DNA of 64,000 bases. Source: Utricularia gibba. Taxonomy: Eukaryota; Plantae; Magnoliophyta. The stretch's first letter is position 1. The number at the start of each line of letters is the position of its first letter. The stretch lies in NCBI GenBank assembly GCA_002189035.1, contig NEEC01000026.1, positions 248,001 through 312,000 of the forward strand, given 5' to 3'. The position numbers were made by a program, and so were the translations under genes. The notes under the pieces were generated by a model. It was not told where the DNA came from and made no database searches. It saw only the letters and a program-made list of their open reading frames with translations. This document shows, piece after piece, positions 49,637 to 63,010 of the stretch.

Positions 49637-50968
49637 TGATAAACGGTAATTTCCTAATGTCATTGCAAAAATAGAAATTTCGTTATCAAATAAATTTATA
49701 ATCCCTAATCTACACAAAATTCAAATTTAGAAAATTTGTATAGTGGATATCGGGGTCGATCACGAAGAGCTTGTGCTTGTTAAGTGTTTTAGTACATGCA
49801 TAATTTCGGATAATAGTAGGTCTTAGTGTAAGCTCGGACTAACGCTGGTAAACAAGTTCAGTAAACAAGGTAGCTAAGCAATATCAGGTCTCGATGCTAA
49901 AGGTGACAGGTACTGGTTCTAACTTAGAATAATACGAAAACGCTTTAAGGATATGTAGGTGGTGTTATGCTAAGGTTCTTAACTTAATTTACCATCTTCC
50001 TACATTCACAACTTCAAATAACCTAAGTCTACCTAGGTCATTCATCATATTTTTAGCTAAGCTAGTCCCCAATATCATAACCAACATTGCAATTAGGTCT
50101 ACCCGCATGCAAAGCATATAAAAGTAGGTCTACCCTGTTCTACTGGTTCTACCCTGGACTAACATCGACTGCTCCCATTTTTTTTTGTTGGTCTACCTCT
50201 AAACCAAGCATCTAAGTTGTGAAACTTCTTGTTTCCTCCTTAGGTCTACCCATGGTTTGTTAGAAACAAGAGTTAAAGAACACACATAAATTTCATCATC
50301 AACCCTAAGCACACACCATCCCACTTCACCTTAAGGCATCCCTAAGACTTTAGCCACTCATGCTTGGGAAATAAAACACACTTTCATTCATATAAGCTGG
50401 CAAAAATAACAGAAACATTGTAATCTAGTCTGGTACAAAAACTAGAAATGAGCTCCGGTGCTGCTCTGTACGATGGAGGCCTTCTTCCCCCTTCTGGTTG
50501 GTGTTTTTCGCATTGAGGAAGAAGCCCCCTTGCATCCCCTCGATGTTGATGTTCTTCCCGCTCTCTCTCCTTTTCAAAATAAAATTTCTCCTCTCCTTCA
50601 CTCCATTGCACTGTTCCTGATTGTCAACACTGTTTCTGACTGCCAGCACTGTTCCCGGCCTGAACTTGCAGACTGCAGGTGGCGAGTGAACAGTGCTCTT
50701 TTTCCTTCTCTGGATTTTGCGTGCTTTTTTACTTTTTCCACAAGTTTCAAGTCTGATTTTTCTGCTGAACTCCCTGCTGAACTTATTGAAATATTAGTAA
50801 CAAAGGTTGTGGATTAAATCAAAGGATTTAGTCCACTTTTTAGCACAAACACACAAAGTTAACTTAAACACACATAAACATAAAAAAAAAAACACATTCA
50901 TCTAACCAAAACCATAATAAAATATAACTATTTTGTATTATAAAATTCAGGAAAAATGTTTGTCATCA
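49637..50968 (-). mobile_element. Family-A LTR nested inside the Athila element
   Basis: TGATAAA...GTCATCA, collinear with 54-1438. It abuts gag directly with no PBS or leader, and the flanks (ctcct/cttca) are not a TSD. Confidence 0.8.
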
Positions 50969-52500
50969 CTTCAGTTTTAATATAACTATCTAGGCAATAA
51001 AACTTAATTTTTGTAGCACAATATGAATCTTTTTCATGTACTTAATAACTCAAAAATATGTGCTATCAATGCTAGAAATTACAGATATTGGTTCTAATAC
51101 AAACTGATTCTAAGATACCTTAAGGGTATGTAGGTGGTGTGATAGTAAGATGCCTAATTTAATACTATTTTTCTCTACTCACAACTCCAAATAGCCTAAA
51201 TCTACTCAGGTCATTCATCATGTTTTCAGCTAAAATAGTCCCCAATATCATCACCAACTTCGCAATTTGACCTACCTGGTTCTATTGGTTCTATCTTGCA
51301 CTAATACCTACTGTCCCCACCTTAATTTGTCAGTTTACCTCTAAATCAAACATCTATGTTGTGAAGCTGTTCATTTCCCTCCTCAGGTCTACCCATGAAA
51401 TGATAGAAAAAAATCTAACAAACAATGATGAATTATATTATGAACTCTAGACCCACACCTCTATACTTTACCTTAAGTCATCCCTACGATTTTAATTACT
51501 CATACCTGGAAGATAAAACATAATATCATTCAGATAATGTGGTGAAAATAACATAAGCGTTGTAATCAGTTATAGAAACTCAAAACATTCAGTAAACGAA
51601 AAGAAGGTAATGATTGTTCTAATGCCCGTTTGCTACTGTTCACGGCTAGGAAAAGTAGCGCTAAATTAGGTCTTGGTGTTGTTCTTTAGATTGGAGGGTC
51701 TCCCCCCTGAGAATCCCCTTCTTCCTCTTTCTGGTTCAATATTCGTTGTGTTGGAGAAGCCCGTGTGTGTGTGATGTTGGAGCTCTGTTCTCTACTATGG
51801 GGTCTCTCTCTCCTCCAAAAAATTGATCTCCCTTTCTTTACTCCATTGCACTATTTCTAACACCAATACTGTTTTCAACTTGAACTTGCAGACTATAGGT
51901 GCAGAACATTGCTCTTTGTCTCCCTTCAGATGTTGCGCCCCTTTAATTAAAACATCAATAACTTAATTAAAACATCCCATAGTCCGATTTTGCTACTAGT
52001 CTTCCTACTGAACTTAATTAAAACATCAATAACTAAGGTGGTGGACTAAATCAAAGGATTTAGTCCACTTTTTAATATAAACACAAAATTAACATAAACA
52101 ATACATAAAACATGAAAAACCACACAAAACTAACCTAAACCATAGTAAAACATAACAATTTTTCATTATAAAATGCAAAGAAAACGTGTGTCATCATTCA
52201 CTCAACTCTTTGTCTTAAAACTATAACGTGGAAAATAGCACGAGATGACCTAAGTTTACCCAGACCAATCTCTATCATTTTTCATAAGATTGATAAGACT
52301 AGGCCTCTTCGATCATATTGATCTTTGATGGTTAGAAAATTCTATAGATGTCGTATGTTTAAATGTTTTCTCCATTAAAAATAATTTATTAATTGAACAA
52401 ATAAACCACATTTCATTTACAAAAAAAAATAATATAGTAGTACTAAATCTAGATAAATCCACAAAGATCAAATAATTTTTAGTTGTTGGCCCTATGTATA

Positions 52501-53248
52501 TGTTAAATTTCATTTTATATATATTTATTATGTATTATTATATGCTAATTTAGGATTAACTTAATTGTTAACTTAATAAATATTTTATTTTATTAGAAAA
52601 TTATATTATTATTATTTGTCTATATTTTTGTGTTGTTTTTCATGTATTTTCACCCAAAGTGGCAGCAATCTTAAAGTGTTGTAGAAGACAAAACACTAGC
52701 ATTTCATGACTTACATGTGACTTGGATCTATTGTGGACGGAAGACCGACATTGTATATGACCCATGACTTACACTATGTCAAAGTTTGCAGTAATGATTA
52801 TTGGCAATAGTTGGGCATACATGCAAAATTTGGTTTTGAAGGCAATCGATGACAATCTTCTTGTACTTTCAATAATCTAAAGGGGAACCACATAAGGCTA
52901 TTTCCATGCTTCCTTGTCTATCAGAATGTAAGAGAGAATATGCTATTCCTTGCTCCTATAACCAATAATTCGAAAAGAATCAGCGAAAATTGAGATGAGA
53001 ATAGACAACGGAGGAAACAAAATCTCTTTCTCAAAAATTGTTTTCATTAGTCAAGGTACATTACGTACATTGTACTTTGTATTCCAGTCTTTCAAAACTA
53101 TTTTTATAAACCTATGACAATTTGTAAAAGTTTAGCACAAAATTTTTTTCGCAAATCTCAACTTCTTGAGATCAACATTCATACTATGTTTATTTGTGTT
53201 TTACATTTTTTATTATTAAAAAATTTATGGAGGAAACGACATGCAATA
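52501..53248 (+). mobile_element. Solo LTR (family R) with TSD GTATA
   Basis: GTATA (52496-52500), then TGTTA...CAATA, then GTATA (53249-53253). Homologous to 12793-13677. Confidence 0.8.
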
Positions 53249-53814
53249 GTATAAGTTGGATTAAATAAAGGATATGTTTGGAAGTGAGTTTCTACTCTAA
53301 CTAAAATTAACAAAAGATTTCTACTTGTTTCTAAATTAAAAGTCGAAAATAATATACATAAATTGGCATTTTAAGGCACAAACAATGGTCATTACACTTA
53401 ATTCGAAATCAAATTGTGCATGAATGTACTAAAATTCATAGGGTATTAAAAATGCATGTGAAAACAATAACGAAATTGATACGACCAACACATTCATATG
53501 ATGAAAGCATTCAAATATATTGACCATTAAAAATGCGAAATGGATGCACATTCAGGAAATAAAATGCAAGAAATAGAATTTTTGAGAAAAGTAGAGTGTT
53601 TATTCCGTTCTCCAGTTCAATTGTTCTCTCTATCTTCTTCTCAAACTATAGGTTCCCAAGACTCCTTGTCTTTCATTTAAATTTCAGCTGCACTTCTGGA
53701 AATCAAAGATTACTTCCAGTGTCATGCTTGAATGCCTCTTCCTTCGTCTTTTCTTGCACTCCAATCGAAAAAATGCTATCTAGAGAGAAAATCTCTTTGA
53801 AACAGAAGAATTTA

Positions 53815-55856
53815 GTATTAAGTCGTCCAATTTAAGATTTATATTTATAGGTATTTGATTTTATTAGAAAATTCCAATGTTTATATTTTGTACATATTTT
53901 GTTGTTTTTTTCGTGCACTTTCACCCAAAATGTCAGGAGATAGGCTTAAACTGTTGTAGGAGACTAGACTTATGGCATGTCAGAGTCTGCAACAATGATT
54001 AAGCGCTTATTTACACGTATGGAAAAGCTGGTGGCACATGCAAGACATAAAAAATGATGGAAGGGGAGCAGAGAAGTTAATGCACGTGAGGGAGTAAATT
54101 AAAACCAACTTAGAAAACTTGTTTTCGAACTTTCGACACCTTTTTCGCACTTTGTCTCTAGACTTAGAACTTTGAGTTCTTCCTCTCCTCCAAGGGAAGA
54201 AGAACACTTTTGCTTTCCATTTTTATTTTCTGTTTTCATGGCTATTCGTGGCTAAACTTTTTTAGTTTATGTGAGTAGATGAAATTTACTTCCAAGTCTT
54301 GAACATTAATCATGGTTCTTTACTGAATTCATTCTGGATTTTACAAATTTCCACGCAACTTGTTGTAGTCTTTCTGTAACGTCTCCTAGTCACGATACAT
54401 GATGATAACACATATTTTTGAGTGGCTCAATGCATGGAATTTACTCATTTTATGCTACAAAAAATTAAGCTTAATTGCCTGTTTCTATATTTTTGCACAT
54501 AAGTACCGTAGGAGTGCACTTTTAGTCTTAGGTGGGACTAAATTTGCGATTTAGTCCCAACCTTCTAACAGTTCCTTTCGAGCAATGTAGCATGGGTCGC
54601 AACACAAATCCCAAGGAGCCGAGTATGAATAGTGTGGTGGCAGGAAATGTGATAGAAGTCTGAAGAAGAGTACACACAAAGTCCAAGGAGGTGAAAAAGG
54701 AAGATTTTGGACAAAAAGGGAGAAAAGGTGGAGAGAGAGGGAGATCTCCCTTTGGAGACTCAAGAGAAGTTTCTGGAGATTTTTCTAGAGGAAGAAGAAG
54801 GAGGGGACGACGAACCAAAAGAACACAGCTTCTTTTGAGAAATTATTTTCGTTCTTCATGTTTACTATTCCTAGTTAAGACTAGATTTGGATTTCCTGTG
54901 TGAATGAAGCTTTTGTCCTACTTTTGCTTCATATTGCTCGTTGTTGTTTAGCATTTGTAGCCAAGATGTTGCTTAGTATCTGCTATGAAGGTGTTTTACC
55001 TTCCATTACCATGAGTAGCTAAGCACTTAGAGGGGGATGCCTTGGGGTGAGAAGGGGAGAAATATGCTAATCCATCTTTAGACCTCATAAATCATAAGTC
55101 ACACTATTTCTTTAGCAAACCAGGATAGATCCAGGAGGGGGAGGTAGTGAAACCCAACTAACAATCCTAATTAGAGGTAGACCAAAGATTAGGGGGAAAA
55201 ACAAGAATCCGGGTAGACCTAGATCTTGTGAGTTAGTTGAATGATTTTTTATTTATGTGAGCTTGTTTAGTGATATGCATACATCCCCTAGGAGTCCCAA
55301 GGCATCACCCATTCCATTCCAGAAACTACCGAATCCAAACTTGTTACTTTTCTTTACTGTATTTCGTTGTAGTCCTGACTTAGTCCTAGTTAAGACCAAT
55401 TTTACCAACGTGACACTGATTTCATGCTTTGGCTAATCACTTGACAAGCACCTGCTCTTCGTGTTCGACCCTAATCACTATGCTCATAATTGCTTTATGC
55501 TTGAATGTGGGTTAGGTTATAAATTTATTTGATAGGAAAATTTGCATTTAACGACATTGCATAATTTTTCGTTTATCACATGAATAGCAGGCCACTCGTG
55601 AATTTTGAAGAAGAGCAAGGTGAAGAGGATCATCTCAAACCCTACCGGTTTAAGGGAAGTAGCGAATTTTTTGTACCGAGGTACTACGACAATAGATAGG
55701 TAGTGACCTCGTATTCGTCACTGGTCATTGGCCATAGCAACGCACACATGCAGAATTTGATTTTGATAGCAATCGATGGCAATCCTCTTGTCTTCTCAAT
55801 CATTCAAGGGGGAACCACATGAGTCTATTCTCGTGCCTCCTTGTCAATCGAATATG
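53815..55856 (+). mobile_element. Third family-R LTR remnant, interrupted by a family-B solo LTR
   Basis: 53815-54105 resembles 12845-13210 and 55720-55856 resembles 13255-13360. Boundaries approximate. Confidence 0.55.
54403..55578 (+). mobile_element. Solo LTR (family B) with perfect TSD CATGA
   Basis: CATGA (54398-54402), then TGATAAC...TTTATCA, then CATGA (55579-55583). Reverse complement matches 44134-45200. Confidence 0.9.
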
Positions 55857-55859
55857 ACA

Positions 55860-56600
55860 GCTGTACAAGTAAGCTTAGACTTGAGGTCAACAAAGTTATC
55901 TTGATCTTAAGCTTGCATTTTCAATCATTACCAATGGGACCCTAATTATGGCTCGCCTAGTATGGATGAGAAGGGATGTGACTCCTTAAGGTTGGAGGTA
56001 ATTGATCGATCAATAAAGGATTCATCACTCATGTTAGATATGAGATCTTATCTCAAGTAATTGCAACAAAGTCTAACAGTAAGTCCTAGGCCCAGGATAA
56101 TGACACTCGAAGTGTTTGAGTGGGTCATTGAATGTTAATGCTTGAATGCAATTATAAGTTCGATACATCAGACACACACCCATATTTTGAGATCAAATGA
56201 GATATAAGTATGATGAAAGTTGTTTATTACATGGTGGCTGGTCATAGAAAGGCTCAATCAGTTTACCTGGTTATTCTTACATCTTGAGGATCATGATATG
56301 TTGCTAGACATCACTTATGATCGATAATGATGGATTTGATTAATTAAAAGTTAATTAATAAATCCATTATTACACCTTTGATTGAAAAAACCTATAGAGT
56401 CACACACAATAGTGGAGTCACTCATCGATATAAAATAGAATGACACAATTATATGAGATGTAATTGGTAAAGTGGATAAATTAAATGCAGATTTATTTTG
56501 AGATTAATATTGATTAAACTCAAAATAAAAGATCTGATATAAATAAGATTTGGAACATATATGTATCTCCACAAGATAAGATCTTTATGGAGATTTGATT
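55860..56600. mobile_element. Probable LTR fragment of another family (possibly Ty1/copia Angela-like)
   Basis: Motifs such as gatatgttgctagacatcacttatgat and cctatagagtcacacacaat resemble my recollection of Angela-type LTRs. No coding evidence. Confidence 0.3.
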
Positions 56601-56619
56601 TGATATGTTACAAAATGTC

Positions 56620-57771
56620 TATCAGAAAGATTTGATTTGTAGAGATCTTCCAACATCTTCATGCTCTTTGAGATTGATCTTCCAAAATCAAAAGGCAAGC
56701 ATGACAGAATTGTTTGATGGATGCTCACTCCTTATTACCCATGAAATGGAGCTTCCAACCGAATTTCCTACCTGTCCCAAGCTCCTGCCGTGCTACAACC
56801 AGTGAAAAAAACCTCATGATTGCGCAAGCTTGCTGAAACTAGTGGATCACTTGCGCAAGTTTACTGACTCGCCTACATTCAGGTATTGAGCGATCCTCTT
56901 TTCATTTCACCCTCCTCTGATAGATTTCTTTTGTTGAGCGCATTGAGTGACCTGTGAGGAGTAGTTACGTGCAAGGGGAGCTAGTGGATGGTGTAATATT
57001 GAATAACTCATGCATTTTGCTAGCCTTAATTCTATTTGCAATTTACTACTTTGGAGGAAAATACCTTGAACAATTGCTTGAGGACAAGCAATATCTAAGT
57101 GTGGGGGTGTTGATAAGTGATTTTGTGTCATTCCAAAACATGTTCTTCCACTACTCTTGAATGTTGTTTTTACTTATCTTAGACCTCACTTTCTCATTAT
57201 TCTCAATTGATTTTGCATCTTTCACACTACTTTGATCTTTTTGGAGAGAAAGTGTATTTTATGGATTTTTAGGATACTTTTGGATCAATTTGAGGAGAAA
57301 TCAAGACCTACCAAATTATGGACTTGATGGACCACGAATCTCAACCCAACACTCGGTCAACTGATGAAAATTTGGTCCAAGATTCATGGATAAAGCAGAG
57401 ATATGAAGATGATCTTCGAAGATTTGAATAAAAGATTTGGATAGAATGTAGGCAAATTTTAAATAATTAGAAGTAAAAGTTTGAGTATAAATTACAAATG
57501 ATTGAAAGTCAAGGTAATCTATAATAAGTAATTTTAATTTCTACTTTAAATTATAAGTCAAAAATTAAATTGTGCAGACTATATCATTACACTTAATATC
57601 TTGTCTTGACAAAAATAGAATGTGTAAACTTTCATGCAATAAGCACTACATTTTTCGTGTTCGACCCTAATTCTATTATATGCTTACATTTGATTTGTGT
57701 TTAATTGAGTTTAGGTTTTATAAATTTATTTGCAATTTATACAATGAAAAGAAAATTCCCCTTTATGATCA
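56620..57771 (+). mobile_element. Athila-like 3' end: decayed internal fragment, PPT and shortened 3' LTR
   Basis: gcttgaggacaagcaat...aagtgtgggggtgt (PPT region, 57097-57110) is followed by TGATAAGTG at 57111. 3' motif gtgttcgaccctaat; ends ...ATGATCA at ~57771. Confidence 0.7.
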
Positions 57772-59886
57772 CATATTACATTGGATGCTCTTTCACCCTT
57801 CTTACAATGATGACTCTGATATCAATCTTGTATGGGTAACCTAGAATAAAGCAATATTCTATCTCTTATCCTCATGATTGCAAAATTGATTCGGGTAATA
57901 AAATTCAAATTTCTAATCCCATCTAAGTACTTAGTTTTGAAAGTACCCTCAAAGTAGGATTAGAAGTGATCTTATGTGGATGGTTTAAAACATTTTATTA
58001 GCATACCAAATGAGGGGAGTTTTTATTAATCTACTTGCACCATTTTATTCATACAAACTAAATGCGCTTTTAGGTCTAATAATATGTAAAAATATAGAAC
58101 TACCTTTAATTAGTTCTACTCATTTCTATAAAAAATACAAGCTATTTTACTCATTCTGATTATTTGGTATATCTCCAAATCAGATGTCTAAGTTGCATTT
58201 GCTATTCTTTTGGCCTTTGTTGCAATAAGATAACAAAGTATGCTGAAATACAGATAAAAAACAAGAGACATAATCCTCAAAGCACCCTTGTACCCTAAAG
58301 CATCTCTAACATTTAGTTACATATGTTGAATGAGGAAATTACAATATTATAAATTGAAAGTAGAGTTGAGAATCTTAATTGATTGAAATACATAAAAAAA
58401 ACAAAGCTTAATTCTAGTTCTCGATTGGAAGAGTATTGTAAAACTAAGTTTGATACTAAAAGAGCTCCAATTAAAGTCTTCTGAGTTTGAAAGTAGTGTA
58501 GAAGTTTGATACTTCTAGTTTAATCCAATTTTAATAATAAAGATATAAACAATATTGAAATTATCAAGATATTTCAAAGCATGACAGAAATAATTTGTTT
58601 TCCTATTGAATAAATTAATTTTATAAAATAAAAACTTTAAAAAATATATATTAACAAGAATAAATGACATACTTGTCAACTTTCAAATGGTATTACATGC
58701 ATAACTTCTTAAAGCATTTGTGTATTCAAAACCTGATGATTAAATACGAAAAATCATTATAGATAAATTGATTCCACTTCAAAAAAAGATTTATTCTAAC
58801 AAGAGATTGAAAATACTCATAATTTCCAGAAACCTAAATAATGAATACTCATAATCACAAACTAACACTTATTAATTATCCCTGGTTTTTTAGTTACTCA
58901 AAATTGAGATTTTAGATAATGGCCACTATGTTACTTGTGTGTGATAAAAGTGGTCATTATATGAACACTATTAAAAAAATGTTCATCTTTTAATTTTTCA
59001 ATAAATAAATAGATATTTTTTCTAGCATTTTATTATTTTATTATATATGTAAATGTAGTAATTGTACAAGTTAATGGAAACTATCAAATTTACATAAATA
59101 AAAATCGTATCCATAGAATTTATTATTTTGATTTTTGTAAAGAAAGGACAGCTTAAAAAGAACCAAAAATAGAAAAAAAGATAGATTTCAAATTAATATA
59201 GAAAACTAGACTTAGATCCAGATCCCACCTTACTAACTCGTTCATGTATATGTCGACTTTGAAAACTAAATTGATTGGATAAAATTTAGGATGTTATTCA
59301 AGAGTAATGCTATTCAATAATCATTATATGACCTCTCCTTGTTTTTTGAGATTATATAATCAACCACTCAACAAAATAAATTTCATCTTTTATCATAACC
59401 TATGTTTCGTTGCATTCGATCATAACCCCAACAACTCATGCTCTCGTAAAAAGATTAATGCAAATATTAGAATTTTTTTTTTCAAAACAATGACTCAAAA
59501 AACCGAAAACAAAGTGAAAGATTGGTTTTAAAACTATAAAAAAAGTGGCTTTGTATATAGAATCCACCTTGCTTAAAACTCGCTCATGCCTGTGTATGTA
59601 AACCTTGAGTAGTGAGTTGCTTGCACAAGTTTTGGGGGATGTTATTTTAAAATACTGTTACTCGATGACCGTCATAGCATCGTACCTCATTTAGTGGGAT
59701 TATAGAATCAATGACACCATCAAATCTATTTCACACCCAAATCTAACCTCTTCACCTTACATTTTGTACACAGATTAGATATAATGTATATTACCAACGA
59801 CGTTCGATTGATCCCTTCTTCTTAGGTGCTTAAGGCTAACCTTTAATTATCTCACTCTTATTTTGGGTTATTGATACTTAAGAGCA

Positions 59887-60891
59887 TGTTGGTAAAGAAA
59901 ACATTACGAAAAATAGAATCAAATCTCAAATTACATGTCAAAAAAAATTTAATTAAAAAAAGTAAAAAAGTCACATGCACTAGAATTGTGCCAGCAAGGC
60001 TTCATTGTAGATCTTTAGCCGCAAGTCTTCACATGCGAAAGTTTGACTCTAACATCAAAATAGATACAAAAATAGGAAAAATACAAAGGAAAAGTGGTTA
60101 AAAGATGTCTTTAATGGTTGAAAGATTGAGATATTTATAGGAGAGCATATTCAAGTTTTCGTATTGAACTTGCTTGATGGGCTTCTATAAGGTCTTCTAT
60201 CTAAGTATTCCAAGATTATCTTCAAATCTTTATCCTATTCAAGAATCTTGAATCAAATCTTTATCATTTAACCGAGTCTTGGACTGAGATTCGTAGCCCA
60301 TCAAGTCCATAATTTGGTGATTATTGATTTATTCTCAAATTGATCCAAAAATACTCTAAAAATTCAGAAAATACATTTGATGGGGTACAAATTGGATGAG
60401 GATAATTGGCCTCTGGAAAACTACCAAAAGGTGCTCTGACGAGATAGCGCCTGCCGACAAAATGATATGTGTCAGAGACATAGTCTGAAAAGCGGCCGAA
60501 TTACGGCAGAGCAGGCAACGATTTGCTGAGAAGCCGGATCATAGTACAGGTGCAGAAAGCAACCGGCAACCACAAGAGTCAGACTTCGGTCAGATCGATC
60601 TCTTCTATAAGTAGGAGAAATTCTGAACAAAAAAAGGGGTTCGATCCTAAAGTTTCCAACTTGTATTTTCTCCCCTCATCTCTATCTAGTGAAGATTCTC
60701 TTCGGTGAGCTCTGATAGCTCCGTGGTTTTCCCGTCCTTCGGCGGTTTTCACGTAAAAAGTCTTCACCTCTCTTTATTTCAGTAAACCGCATCAAATCAT
60801 GCATTGAAACCGTACCCGGATCCGACACATCCGGACATTTTCACGAATTAAAGATCGGTTCTAATTCCAGTGTCGATTTTCACCCTTAACA
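59887..60891 (+). mobile_element. Tat/Ogre-like LTR, plus orientation
   Basis: Ends ...CGATTTTCACCCTTAACA, identical to the end of the minus-strand LTR at 61220. Its interior (60600-60790) matches rc of 61340-61510. The 5' boundary TGTTGG is tentative and there is no TSD. Confidence 0.55.
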
Positions 60892-60999
60892 ACACTTTAT
60901 CTCCAAAAAGATCAAAGTAATATGAAAAATGAAAATTAATTGAAAAAAATAAGAAATTGGAGTTTAAGATAAATAAAAACAACACTCAAGAATAATGTA

Positions 61000-61216
61000 A
61001 TTTTCTGAAGGTTCCCTAAAGTCGGAGAAGATTTCCGTCAAAAGGGGCTTTCAGCTGTTCCCTGCTGATGACCATAAGACCGAGGTCTTGCACGCCGATG
61101 CTTCCTTCGTGGACAGAATTGGTGGCCATGTTATTTTCCACCATGATCGATGTTTGGTGAGCGACTTCTATGGATTTCTCGAGTGGGACAATAGATTTGC
61201 CCCACGGTGGACGCCA
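61000..61216 (-). mobile_element. Tat/Retand-type PBS and truncated 5' internal region
   Basis: Minus strand TGGCGTCCACCGTGGGGC (61216-61199) is nearly the canonical Tat PBS TGGCGCCCACCGTGGGGC and lies 3 nt after the LTR end. A short gag-like start (MVENNMATNS...) follows. Confidence 0.75.
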
Positions 61217-61219
61217 AAA

Positions 61220-62128
61220 TGTTAAGGGTGAAAATCAGTATCCGAGATGAGGTCGATTTTTGGGTTATAGGTGTAGCCGGAAATATCGCATCTTGTTATA
61301 CTTTTTGTGATTTGTTCGATTTAATCAGCAGAAATAAGGGTGGACGGAGATTTTTACGTGGAAACCGCCTTAGGACGGAAAAACCACGGAGCTATCGGAG
61401 CTCGTCGAGGAAAGTCTTTACTGGATGGTGGTGGTGAGGAAAGAACACAGGCTGGGGGGAGGGACTTGGAATTGAACCCTTATTCTGTTATGATTTCTTC
61501 TATTTATAGAAGAGGTCGACCTGTGCGAGTCTTGAATCATGCAGATGTCAGTTGCTTTCTGCGCCTGCTATGTGATCTCGCTTGTCAGATATCAGCCGCC
61601 TGCTCTGCCGTATTTCGGCCGCTTTTCAAATTGTGCCATACGGCTACCACTGTTAGAATTGTAACACATATCAGTCTGTCGACTGGCGTTATCCCATTAG
61701 ATATCCCATTAGATTATCTTCAACCTATTTATACCCCATCATTCAGCCCCTCTGATTTACTGACATTGGCCTTTTCAAGGCAAGTTGGTGGATCAGAATC
61801 AATACTAACCGATTTTTGGCATGCCGCTTTTCATGGGTGAGTCTCAAGCCGATTCAAACCGATTTCTACGCCACGCGTCGCCTCTTGAGCGTGCCAAGCA
61901 GAAATAAGGATGGACGGAGATTTTTACGTGGTAACCGCCGTAGGACGGAAAAACCACGAAGCTATCGGAGCTCGTCGGGGAAAGTCTTTACTAGATGGTG
62001 GTGGTGAGGAAAGAATACAGGCTGGGGGGGAGGGACTTGGAATTGAACCCTTATTATGTTATGATTTCTTCTATTTATAGAAGAGGTCAACCTGTCCGAG
62101 TCTTGAATCATGCAGATGTCAGTTGCTT
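61220..62128 (-). mobile_element. Tat/Ogre-like 5' LTR remnant containing a ~231-bp direct repeat
   Basis: LTR end TGTTAAGGGTGAAAATC at 61220. 61327-61557 and 61897-62128 are near-identical. Confidence 0.7.
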
Positions 62129-62129
62129 A

Positions 62130-63010
62130 TACCCCATCAAGCGATCAAAGCTCAGCCTCTTGCCGACTTTGTAGTCGAGATGACCAGGCCCGTCGACTGA
62201 TTCGTGGAAACCAATGACCGATGGATCATGTATGTCGATGGATCAACATATAATGGGGCTGGAGGGGGATTGACATCCGTACTCAGGATGGAGGTCATAT
62301 TTTTGTGACGTTGAAATTCTCGTTCCCCGCCACCAACAATGTCGCCGAATACGAAACCTTGATTGAAGGGATGAAAATTTCCAAGAAACCTATGACCCCC
62401 TACTCGACATTTACACCGACTCACGGCTAGTGCAAGGACAATTTTCGGGTGAGTATGAAACCTATGACCCCCTAATGACTTTGTATTGTACTAGGGTGAA
62501 GGAGTTGACGAAAACTTTTAAGGAGTTTACCTTATCGCATGTGGCCCGCGAAGAAAACGGATTCGTGGATAGCCTTGCCCTATTTGTCGCAGGATTTTAG
62601 GAGCTAAAAGAATCAAGCGTGACGATTCGGTTGCAGGATCAACCTTCGGTAACTTTGCGGGCAATGAACCATATTACCCAACAACCAGGAAATGACATCT
62701 CCCCACAATTGAATCTCCTCGAAGATTGGATGTCGCCTTACGTCCGATATTTCAAAAAACGGAGAAATACCATCTAAAAAATCAGAAGCCCGACAGCTGG
62801 AGATTAGGGCAAAGAGATATACACTGGTAGATGGAATTCTTTATCGAAAATCCTTCGATGGACCCCTATTAAGGTGTATCGAGAGAGAATATTCTCAAGA
62901 CCTTATAACCGATTTGCATGAAGGAGAGTGTGACAGCCACATCGCAATACGATCCTTGTGCAGGAAAGCTTTGAGAAGCAGATATTATCGGCCGACTATG
63001 AAGGGAGATA
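62130..63010 (+). pseudogene. Tat/Ogre pol fragment (archaeal-type RNase H plus integrase Zn-finger region)
   Basis: AIKAQPLADFVVEM...WIMYVDGS...TNNVAEYETLIEG (across frameshifts) and DLHEGECDSHIAIRSLCRKALRSRYYRPTM. Confidence 0.75.

Larger units (their letters stand above)
44134..51068 (-). mobile_element. Athila-type Ty3/gypsy element (LTR family B), internally deleted, TSD ACGCT/ATGCT
   Basis: The 5' LTR tip at 50975-51068 and the 3' LTR at 44134-~45200 both match the solo LTR 54403-55578. Flanks ACGCT (44129-44133) and ATGCT (51069-51073). Confidence 0.82.
43886..52196 (-). mobile_element. Host solo LTR (family A), split into 43886-44133 and 51074-52196, TSD TTCAC
   Basis: TTCAC at 43881-43885 and 52197-52201. 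Joining ...gagtctcaacgct to agaaattacagatattggttctaa restores the sequence seen uninterrupted in the copy at ~49885-49920. Confidence 0.85.

Noticed and set aside
57800-59880. AT-rich stretch with short ORFs
   Set aside because: No coding signature. It is probably old TE debris that I cannot classify.
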